The position numbers and the translations under genes are program-made. From assembly GCA_013002375.1 (NCBI GenBank), contig JABDJW010000268.1, positions 1-15,090 on the forward strand: a DNA stretch of 15,090 nt, given 5' to 3'. Source of the DNA: Acidimicrobiales bacterium (lineage in GTDB: Bacteria > Actinomycetota > Acidimicrobiia > Acidimicrobiales > SHLQ01). The notes below the pieces were generated by a model, which worked only from the letters and a program-made list of their open reading frames with translations, had not been told where the DNA came from and made no database searches. Numbering within the stretch: position 1 is the stretch's first letter; every line of letters starts with the position of its first letter. This document shows, piece after piece, positions 7,732 through 14,243 of the stretch.

Positions 7732-8538
7732 CTATTCGCGGGCGCGGCTCACCGCCGCGGTGACGGCCCGTCGCACCGGGCCGGGCAGGCTGGCGTTCAC
7801 GCTTCGAAGCACCCGGTTCCGTTTGCCGGAAACCACGATGGCCTTGCCTGCCTCGGCGCCGACCAGACCCGCTTCTGCGACCTGCTCGGCCGTTTGCCAG
7901 ATCCAGTCGGGAACGTCGTTGATGTCGGAGCCGGCGCGCTCCTGGAACTCGGTGCGGGTCATGCCCGGCATCAGACAGGAGACGACGACACCGGAATCGG
8001 CCAGATCGACCGCAAGGGACTGCGAAAAGCTGTTCACGAAGGCCTTGGTGGCGTTGTAGGTCGCCGAGCCCGGTCCGACGAGTTCGGCCGCCACCGACGA
8101 CACGTTCAAGACGGTGCCGCCGCCACGGTCGCGCATCGCCTGGGCCGCGGCATGGCACAGGCGATGCAGGGCGACGACGTTCACGGCGACGACGGTGGCC
8201 TCGCCCGCGTAGTCGAGATCGGCAAACGGACCGTCGAACCCGATTCCCGCGTTGTTGACCAGCAGGTCGATCGGACGCTCGACGGCCGACACTCGGGCCG
8301 CGACACGGTCGAGGTCGGCAGGGTCGGCCAGGTCGGCCACCAGCACCTCGACCTGCACATCGTGGGCGGTCATGACGTCGACCGCCAGGGCATCAAGTCG
8401 TTCTTGATCCCGCGCCACGACCACCAGGTGCGTGGAGCGCTCGGCCAGCTGCTGGGCCATGGCCAGCCCGATACCCGAGGACGCCCCGGTGACGAGCGCC
8501 CGAGTCCATGTCGACTTCGGATGCAGCGTTGCGGTCAT
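7732..8538 (-). CDS. SDR-family short-chain dehydrogenase/reductase
   Basis: TGASSGIGLAMA (TGxxxGxG), NNAG, and a catalytic S...YNATK (YxxxK). 268 aa. Convergent with the nucleosidase gene, with a 2-nt gap between stops. Confidence 0.85.
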   Translation of the reverse strand: MTATLHPKSTWTRALVTGASSGIGLAMAQQLAERSTHLVVVARDQERLDALAVDVMTAHDVQVEVLVADLADPADLDRVAARVSAVERPIDLLVNNAGIGFDGPFADLDYAGEATVVAVNVVALHRLCHAAAQAMRDRGGGTVLNVSSVAAELVGPGSATYNATKAFVNSFSQSLAVDLADSGVVVSCLMPGMTRTEFQERAGSDINDVPDWIWQTAEQVAEAGLVGAEAGKAIVVSGKRNRVLRSVNASLPGPVRRAVTAAVSRARE

Positions 8539-8618
8539 GGGCCGAGACTACCGAGTGGCGGACCGGGCAGCCGGTCGCCCAGCTGGTTGAATGGGTGCAG
8601 CGGCAGTGGAGCGCATGA

Positions 8619-9533
8619 ATGAGCAATCGCGAACTGGTGGTTTTGGGCACGGCGTCGGCCGCGCCGACCCGCGAGCGCAACCACAACGGCTATGCGCTCC
8701 GATGGGACGATCAGCTCGTGCTCTTCGACCCGGGCGAAGGGTTTCAGCGCCAGTGCACGTTGGCCGGCGTACCGATCGCCCGGGCCACCGCGCTCTGCCT
8801 CACCCATTTCCACGGCGACCATTGCCTCGGCCTGCCCGGAGTCATCGCCAAGCGCGACATGGATCACCGCGAAGAGCTCCTCCCGATCTTCTACCCGGCG
8901 CAAGGCGAGCGGATCCTCCAGAGTTTGTGCTCCAGCACCGCCAACGACATGCAGATCAATCTGGACGCCACCCCGACGACCGCACCACCGGATCGGCTCT
9001 TGACCGCAGGCACGATCGGCCAGCTGACGGTCGAGGTCGCGGCCCTCGAGCACCGGGTCCCGACCCAGGGGTATCGGCTCACCGAGCCGGATCACCGGCA
9101 CTTTCTCGTCGACCGACTCGAGGCGGCCGGTATCGAAGGCGAGGCGATTGGCGAGCTGGCCGCCCACGGCGCGATCGAGACCGCCCGAGGCACGGTCCGC
9201 CTCGAGGACGTCTCCGAAATCACACCGGGCCGGCGGTTTGCGTTCGTGCTGGACACCCACCTCTGCCGCGGCGCCGAGTTGCTCGCCGATGGCGCCGACC
9301 TCATGGTGTGTGAGAGCACGTTCCTCGAATCCGAACGGCACCAGGCCGACGATTACGGCCACATGACCGCGGCGGACGCCGGACGGCTCGCCGCCGCCGC
9401 CGGCGTCAAACGCCTGGTGCTCACCCACTTCTCGTCCCGCTACCACCACTTCGAAGCATTTGCGGCCGAAGCCGGCCGATTTCACGACGATGTCTGGGCG
9501 GCCAACGATTTCGATCGCGTGCCCTTCGACTGA
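8619..9533 (+). CDS. rnz: Ribonuclease Z (tRNA 3'-processing endonuclease, metallo-beta-lactamase fold)
   Basis: LVVLGTASAAPTRERNHNGYAL..., CLTHFHGDHCLGLPG (HxHxDH zinc motif), C-terminal ...VLTHFSSRY. 304 aa. GGAG sits 8 nt upstream of the ATG. Confidence 0.8.
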   Translation: MSNRELVVLGTASAAPTRERNHNGYALRWDDQLVLFDPGEGFQRQCTLAGVPIARATALCLTHFHGDHCLGLPGVIAKRDMDHREELLPIFYPAQGERILQSLCSSTANDMQINLDATPTTAPPDRLLTAGTIGQLTVEVAALEHRVPTQGYRLTEPDHRHFLVDRLEAAGIEGEAIGELAAHGAIETARGTVRLEDVSEITPGRRFAFVLDTHLCRGAELLADGADLMVCESTFLESERHQADDYGHMTAADAGRLAAAAGVKRLVLTHFSSRYHHFEAFAAEAGRFHDDVWAANDFDRVPFD

Positions 9534-9605
9534 ACCAAAGGCCGTCGCGGGGCATCTCACCCAGTGGAAACCCCTCCACGACTGGCTGGCCCGAGCTGGC
9601 GTCCT

Positions 9606-9640
9606 GCCGGTTCGAAGCCGGTCGGTTGCCGGGGGTTTTG
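9606..9640 (+). terminator. Possible intrinsic terminator between the convergent rnz and thioesterase genes
   Basis: Two short GC hairpins (GCCGG-ttcgaag-CCGGT and CCGG-tcggttg-CCGG) followed by GGGGGTTTTG. The stems are only 4-5 bp, so this is weak. Confidence 0.25.
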
Positions 9641-9655
9641 AGGACTGCGGCTCAG

Positions 9656-10486
9656 CTAGGTCCGCTTGCGCACCATCGCCGACTGCGAGCCGATGGCGAG
9701 CAGGACGCCGTCGGGCGTGAACATGCGCACCATGCCGTGACCGAAGCCGGTCACGACCCCTTCGACCTGAATGTCGAGCAGGAACCATTCGGTCGGCTGG
9801 ACGTTCAGCACCCGGATCGTGTTGTCGAGGCTGTTGCTGGCCGTCGGGGCATCGAGCGCGACCGAAATCGCCATCGGAACGAAATCACCCAGCACCGCCA
9901 GCGCCGCAGCACTGCCATCGGTGAGCCCGGGCACCCGGATCCACATGCCCACCCGGCCCGGGCCGATCAGCCCCGGCCGGCGCTCGAGCCCCGCCGCATC
10001 GTTGGCCGCCAGCTCGGCTGATTCGGCCTGGAGCAACGCCATCCGCGACTCGAAGCGGCTACTGATGGTGCCGGGCGTGGTGGTGGCGGCCCGAAGCGGG
10101 CACTCCTCGGGCGGTCGCACCGGCGGCATCACCGGATGCAGGTAGGTGTCGGGGTAGTCCCGCCGCCCGAGCGCGGCGTTCACGGTGATGATCTCGCTGC
10201 CCCCGATGTGGCCGGTGGCCCGGGCCTGGGTCGTGGTGTTGCCCTCCGCGGCCAGGACGACGTCGATGTCGAGCACCGAACCTTCGGGTGCGAAGCTCAG
10301 GTAGTGGGCGGTGGCCCACACCACCGGCCGGCCCGCGGTGCCCTCCAACGCAACGATGGCCGCACCCAGTGCCGCACCGCCGAACAACGTGCCGTATCCC
10401 GAACACACGCCGAGATCGATCGGCAGCACCCAGCGGAACGGATTGTGGGTGGGCTCGACGCCGAGCCAGGTCCGACTGTCGCTCAC
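9656..10486 (-). CDS. Acyl-CoA thioesterase II (TesB-like, double hot-dog)
   Basis: Coding portion of the listed 521-aa ORF. Its Arg-rich N-terminal half is a different frame of the hydrolase gene. Start proposed at the GTG at 10486, overlapping the hydrolase TGA as GTGA. That gives 276 aa, matching TesB size. The body sequence (...NPFRWVLPIDLGVCSGYGTLFGGAALGAAI...) resembles the TesB family by recall. Confidence 0.55.
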   Translation of the reverse strand: MSDSRTWLGVEPTHNPFRWVLPIDLGVCSGYGTLFGGAALGAAIVALEGTAGRPVVWATAHYLSFAPEGSVLDIDVVLAAEGNTTTQARATGHIGGSEIITVNAALGRRDYPDTYLHPVMPPVRPPEECPLRAATTTPGTISSRFESRMALLQAESAELAANDAAGLERRPGLIGPGRVGMWIRVPGLTDGSAAALAVLGDFVPMAISVALDAPTASNSLDNTIRVLNVQPTEWFLLDIQVEGVVTGFGHGMVRMFTPDGVLLAIGSQSAMVRKRT

Positions 10487-11334
10487 CGCGGAAGGGCCTT
10501 TCGAATGCTCGCGGCGATCCGGGCCGGGTCTTGCATCGGCCCGAAATGGTTGAGGTCGGCCATCGACACGTAGAAGCCGTTGAGCAGGTGTTCGGCCACA
10601 GTCGGGGCGATCATCGACGGCGGGCCACCGTCGCCCGACCCGACCACGGTGGTGGGCGTCGCGATGGCACCCAGATTGGCGAAGACCTCGCCGTGTTCGG
10701 CCGAGAAGAAGGCCGCTTCGGTCGCGCCGCGGCACCGCAGCTGCACCGTGCCGTCGTCGAGATCGCCGAAGCCGTGTTCGACGTAGGCCCGCAAGGACGC
10801 CGGATCGGTCGTCGAGAACGGCGGTTTCGCTGCGTAGTTCTCGAACGCTTCGTCGCGACTGGCGAAGATCTCTCGACGGCGGCGGGCCGAATCGGCGAGC
10901 GGATTCGGGGCACCGGCCGGCCGGGCCGCCTCGGCCGGGAAGACGATCGGCTCGAACGCCCACAGGCTGCGAAACCGGCCCGCGACGGCTTGTTCGGCCA
11001 GCATCAGGCCGCACCCACCCATCGACCAACCGACGCCGTCGAGCTGACCCGGCTCCGCGTGCCCGGCTGCGTAGAGATGGTCGACGACCGCACTGACGTC
11101 GTCGCCCACGCCGTCCCACTCGTACGCCAGGTTGTCGGGGGTCCGCGAGACGCCGTGACCGCGGAGGTCGATGGCCCAACAGCGGGCGTCGGCCGCGAGG
11201 GCGTCGGCCACCGGCTGCCACACCCGCCCGTGCATTCCGTTGGCGTGCACCATCAACAGCGCCGGTCCGACCCCGCCGAGATCGTGCAGCGCGACCTCGA
11301 CCCCATCGGTCGACGGAATGTACGCAATGGTCAT
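10483..11334 (-). CDS. Alpha/beta-fold hydrolase
   Basis: MTIAYIPSTDGVEVALHDLGGVGPALLMVHANGMHG...GWSMGG (GxSxG nucleophile elbow). 283 aa, high GC3. Confidence 0.8.
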   Translation of the reverse strand: MTIAYIPSTDGVEVALHDLGGVGPALLMVHANGMHGRVWQPVADALAADARCWAIDLRGHGVSRTPDNLAYEWDGVGDDVSAVVDHLYAAGHAEPGQLDGVGWSMGGCGLMLAEQAVAGRFRSLWAFEPIVFPAEAARPAGAPNPLADSARRRREIFASRDEAFENYAAKPPFSTTDPASLRAYVEHGFGDLDDGTVQLRCRGATEAAFFSAEHGEVFANLGAIATPTTVVGSGDGGPPSMIAPTVAEHLLNGFYVSMADLNHFGPMQDPARIAASIRKALPR

Positions 11335-11365
11335 CAGCGCCCGAGCATAACGGCGCTACTCACCG

Positions 11366-11644
11366 GTGGAAGCGGGCAATACCCTGAGAATCGTGGATGG
11401 ATATGCCGGACCGGCTCGGGCCCTGGTCGACGGACGTGATGTCGGCCAGTGGCGGGTGGAACTCGAGCCATTGGCCGACGACCGCGACGAGCGCTCCTGG
11501 GGCGGCCGAGTCGCGAACAGCGACTACGTCCTGTGGGGCCTGGCCGGTCGGAGACTCGAGCTCGTCCTCCCGAGCGGCCACCGGGCCGCGTGCGTGGTAC
11601 GCCCGACCGGCGAAATCATCGGCCTCGGACCCGCCCCGTTCTGA
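11366..11644 (+). CDS. Hypothetical small protein (92 aa, GTG start), no recognisable family
   Basis: Most third codon positions are G/C, as expected for coding DNA here. It fills the gap between the divergent hydrolase start and hairpin repeat copy A, whose stem begins 10 nt after its TGA. Confidence 0.35.
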   Translation: MEAGNTLRIVDGYAGPARALVDGRDVGQWRVELEPLADDRDERSWGGRVANSDYVLWGLAGRRLELVLPSGHRAACVVRPTGEIIGLGPAPF

Positions 11645-11701
11645 CCCAACCCGATCTCTGATGCCTGAACCGCACTATGTACGGGTAGAGCGTCAGAGAT
11701 C
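11645..11701. repeat. Copy A of a ~56-nt conserved two-tier hairpin repeat
   Basis: cccaacccgATCTCTGATGCctgaaCCGCACtatGTACGGgtagaGCGTCAGAGATcg. An 11-12-bp outer stem with one G-U pair encloses an inner CCGCAC/GTACGG stem. It is about 88 % identical to the copy at 14186-14243. Confidence 0.7.
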
Positions 11702-11715
11702 GCGCTGTAATCCGC

Positions 11716-11744
11716 TTGACCTAGAGCCCATTAACAGCTACTAT
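11716..11744 (+). promoter_or_regulatory. Near-consensus sigma-A-type promoter driving the PadR-NfeD-flotillin operon, predicted leaderless
   Basis: -35 TTGACC (11716-11721), 17-nt spacer, -10 TACTAT (11739-11744). The A of the ATG at 11752 lies 8 nt downstream, so the transcript would begin at or next to the start codon. The region is unusually AT-rich for this window. Confidence 0.55.
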
Positions 11745-11761
11745 TCAACGCATGGTAGCTG
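11735..11761 (+). promoter_or_regulatory. Inverted repeat CAGCTAC-N13-GTAGCTG overlapping the -10 element and start codon; candidate PadR auto-operator
   Basis: Perfect 7-bp arms at 11735-11741 and 11755-11761. PadR regulators classically bind dyads overlapping their own promoters. Confidence 0.4.
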
Positions 11762-12156
11762 GCAATGCACCAGAGCCGAACGCTCTGACCACGTCGAAAC
11801 ATCACGCCCAGATCATGAAGGGCGTGCTCGACATGTGTTTGCTGGCCCGAATCGCCGAGGAACCGAGCTACGGCTACGAACTCGTCACCACCCTCAACGA
11901 CGGCGGTTTGCCCGTCGCCGGCGAGGGCAGCATCTACCCGGTGCTCAAACGTCTGAAACAACAGGGGTTGATCGAGGGTTACCTCGTCGACTCCCCCTCC
12001 GGACCGGCCCGCAAGTACTACCGAGCCACTCCTGAAGGGGATCTGGTGTTGGCCGACTGGAAAACCGATTGGACCAACGTGGCCAACGGTGTGAACGCCA
12101 TGTTGGCCACCCGGAACAAACCGACATCGAAAGGCAAGAAAGGAACCGCACGATGA
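11752..12156 (+). CDS. PadR-family transcriptional regulator
   Basis: ...MKGVLDMCLLARIAEEPSYGYELVTTLNDGG...EGSIYPVLKRLKQQGLIEGYLVDSPSGPARKYYRATPEG is the PadR winged-helix signature. The alternative internal start at 11815 (MKGVLD) removes a 21-aa lower-GC3 N-terminal extension. The stop overlaps the next ATG as ATGA. Confidence 0.8.
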   Translation: MVAGNAPEPNALTTSKHHAQIMKGVLDMCLLARIAEEPSYGYELVTTLNDGGLPVAGEGSIYPVLKRLKQQGLIEGYLVDSPSGPARKYYRATPEGDLVLADWKTDWTNVANGVNAMLATRNKPTSKGKKGTAR

Positions 12157-12797
12157 TCTGGATCTACCTCTCTGCCCTCATCTTCGGTGGCGTGTTCACG
12201 ATCCCGATGGTCCTCGGCGGCCTCGACTTCGATGGCGACGTCGATTTCGACTTCGACGCCGATGGTGATCTCGCCCTCGACACCGGCGATTTCGATGCCG
12301 GCGGCGACATCGACGTCAGTGAAACCAACACCGGCGGCATCGATACCGGCGGTGCGATCAGCGACTTCGTCGGCACGCTGCTGTCGTTCCGCTCGATCGT
12401 CTTCGCCCTCACGTTCTTCGGACTGACCGGCATCGTGTTCAACCTGTTCGATTACAGCGAACCGTTCCCGCTGCTGATGGCGGCCGGCCTTGGCTTCGTG
12501 GCTGCGGCGCTCAACGCGCAACTCTTTAGCATGCTGGGCCGCGGTGAATCCGACAGCCGACTGTCGAACCGCGACATCGAAGGCAAGCCGGCAACCGTCG
12601 TGCTGCCGCTCAACGAAGACCGCAAGGGGCGCATTCGTGTGCCCATCCGTGGCGAGACGATCTACATGGTCGCTCTGCCGTGGGACAAGGCAAACAGGCC
12701 CTATGCCGTCGGCGAGTCCGTCGTCGTCGTAGAAATTGAGGACGGGACTGCATTGGTGGCGCCGCTGCCAGGTCTCGAACTCGGGGAGGAAAGCTAA
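12153..12797 (+). CDS. NfeD-like (YuaF-type) membrane protein: three TM helices, an acidic D/G-rich loop and a C-terminal OB-fold beta-barrel domain
   Basis: True start is ATG 12153 (MIWIYLSALIFGGVFTIPMVLGG), not the upstream ORF start at 12069. TM2 and TM3 are TLLSFRSIVFALTFFGLTGIVF and FPLLMAAGLGFVAAALNAQLF. The C-terminus GKPATVVLPLNEDRKGRIRVPIRGETIYMVALPWDKANRPYAVGESVVVVEIEDGTALV looks like the NfeD short-form beta-barrel. It sits immediately upstream of a flotillin gene, as yuaF-floT does in Bacillus. Confidence 0.7.
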   Translation: MIWIYLSALIFGGVFTIPMVLGGLDFDGDVDFDFDADGDLALDTGDFDAGGDIDVSETNTGGIDTGGAISDFVGTLLSFRSIVFALTFFGLTGIVFNLFDYSEPFPLLMAAGLGFVAAALNAQLFSMLGRGESDSRLSNRDIEGKPATVVLPLNEDRKGRIRVPIRGETIYMVALPWDKANRPYAVGESVVVVEIEDGTALVAPLPGLELGEES

Positions 12798-12799
12798 CC

Positions 12800-14179
12800 A
12801 TGGAAGCAATCTTGATTGTCGCCGTCGTCGTGGCGATCATGTTCGTCGTCGTTCTGACCGCGGTGAAGAGCCTGATCATCATCTGCCCCCCGAACAAGGT
12901 GGCCGTGATCTCTGGTCGCCAAGTGAAGTTGGGCGACGGGTCCAAACGGGGCTACCGCGTCCTGCGCGGCGGCTTCACGGTTCGAATTCCGATGATCGAG
13001 AAGGTCGACTACATGGATCTCAACACGATCCCGATCGATGTCTCGGTATCCAACGCCTACTCGAAAGGTGCGATTCCCCTCGACGTGCAGGGCGTCGCCA
13101 ACATCAAGGTGTCGAGCCGCGATGGCGTTCTGGCCAACTCGGTCGAGCGCTTTCTCGGTCGTCCGCCGGAGTACATCCAGCAGATCGCCAAGGAAAACCT
13201 CGAAGCGAACCTACGCGGTGTGCTCTCGACGCTGACCCCCGAAGAGGTCAACGAGGATCGGCTGAAGTTTGCCCAGACCCTCATCGACGAGGCCGACGAC
13301 GACATTCGTACCCTCGGGCTCGAGCTCGACGTGCTGAAGATTCAGAACGTCACCGACCAGGTCGGCTACCTCGAAGCCGTCGGTCGGCGCCGCACGGCGC
13401 AGGTCATCAAGGAAGCCCGCGAGAGCGAGGCGCTGCAGTCCGCCGAAGCCGAGGAGGCCGAGGCCCAGAGCCGCAAGCGGGCCGAGCTGGCCAAGGTGCA
13501 GTCAAATCTGGCCATCGCCGAGGAGACCAACAAGCTGCGGGTACGGCAAGCCGAACTCGACGCCGAAGCCAACGCCCGGGAGGAAGAGGCTGGGGTGGCC
13601 GGTGAACGAGCCAAGGCCGCCGCGGAACAGCTGCTCGAAGACGAGCGCATCAAGCTCCAGAAACGGCGCCTCGAAGCCAACGTGGTTGCTCCGGCCCGGG
13701 CCAAGCGCGAAGCGCTCGAACTCGAAGCCAAGGGCAACGCGGCCCACATCATCGAGGACGGCAACGCCCAGATCGAAGTGTTCCGCCGGATGAGCAACGA
13801 GTATCGCTCGGCCGGTGCGGCCGCCCAAGAGGTCATGGTCATGCAGATGCTGCCCGACCTGGTGGACCAAATCGTGGGCACGGTCAACAACATGGACATC
13901 GGCAAGGTCACCGTCATCGACAACAGTGGCGGGGCCGGCGGCGGGGCTCTCCCCGGTGTCGCCAGCCAAATGCCCGCCGCGGTCATCGCCATCACCGAGC
14001 AGATCGAGGCGGCCACCGGGGTGAACATCCTGCACGCGCTGTCGAAGCCGTCGGCCATCGACGATGATGAGATCGTCGATGCCCAGGCCAAGATCGCCGC
14101 GGAGGCCTCAAACGATGCCGGCGACGGCGCGAGCGAGCCCAGCTCATCACTACCCCCACCGCCCCCCGCGGCCAACTAG
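12800..14179 (+). CDS. Flotillin-like SPFH/band-7 domain protein (FloT/YuaG-like)
   Basis: N-terminal TM AILIVAVVVAIMFVVVLTAV, then an SPFH block (VISGRQVKLGDGSKRGYRVLRGGFTVRIPMIEKVDYMDLNTIPIDV...QGVANIKV...), a long EA-rich coiled coil (AEAEEAEAQSRKRAELAKVQ...) and a Pro-rich tail. Strong SD GGGGAGGAAAG before the ATG. 459 aa. Confidence 0.85.
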   Translation: MEAILIVAVVVAIMFVVVLTAVKSLIIICPPNKVAVISGRQVKLGDGSKRGYRVLRGGFTVRIPMIEKVDYMDLNTIPIDVSVSNAYSKGAIPLDVQGVANIKVSSRDGVLANSVERFLGRPPEYIQQIAKENLEANLRGVLSTLTPEEVNEDRLKFAQTLIDEADDDIRTLGLELDVLKIQNVTDQVGYLEAVGRRRTAQVIKEARESEALQSAEAEEAEAQSRKRAELAKVQSNLAIAEETNKLRVRQAELDAEANAREEEAGVAGERAKAAAEQLLEDERIKLQKRRLEANVVAPARAKREALELEAKGNAAHIIEDGNAQIEVFRRMSNEYRSAGAAAQEVMVMQMLPDLVDQIVGTVNNMDIGKVTVIDNSGGAGGGALPGVASQMPAAVIAITEQIEAATGVNILHALSKPSAIDDDEIVDAQAKIAAEASNDAGDGASEPSSSLPPPPPAAN

Positions 14180-14185
14180 CCGAGG

Positions 14186-14243
14186 ACCCACCCAATCTCT
14201 GATGCCTGAACCGCACTATGTGCGGGTAAGGCATCAGAGATTC
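14186..14243. repeat. Copy B of the conserved hairpin repeat, placed as a bidirectional terminator between the convergent flotillin and P450 genes
   Basis: acccacccaATCTCTGATGCCtgaaCCGCACtatGTGCGGgtaaGGCATCAGAGATt. A perfect 12-13-bp outer stem and a perfect 6-bp inner stem, followed by a GTTTT run. It fills the gap between the flotillin TAG (14179) and the P450 stop (14242-14244). Confidence 0.7.

Noticed and set aside
9606-9629. tRNA-like T-arm (GCCGG-TTCGAAG-CCGGT)
   Set aside because: No matching acceptor stem, D-arm or anticodon arm could be found in the preceding ~70 nt on either strand. More consistent with a short hairpin than an RNA gene.
8535-9788. 417-aa minus ORF antisense to rnz; likewise 7520..8158 (-) and 7894..8622 (+) opposite the SDR gene, and 10288..11439 (+) opposite the hydrolase
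   Set aside because: Shadow ORFs opposite genes with strong family signatures. Arg-rich, no motifs.
10487-11221. N-terminal 245 codons of the listed 521-aa ORF 9656..11221
   Set aside because: Arg/Gly-rich and out of frame with the alpha/beta hydrolase motifs on the same strand. Thioesterase homology starts only near 10486.
12069-12152. Upstream 28-codon extension of the NfeD-like ORF (MDQRGQRCERHVG...)
   Set aside because: It lies inside the PadR coding region in another frame. The hydrophobic N-terminus starts at the ATG at 12153, which forms an ATGA overlap with the PadR stop and has its own SD.
12018-14175. Minus-strand ORFs 12018..12809 and 13366..14175, plus several short ORFs, antisense to the NfeD and flotillin genes
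   Set aside because: Low-complexity E/D- or S/A-rich translations of the repetitive acidic-loop and coiled-coil coding DNA. The sense frames have clear SPFH and NfeD signatures.
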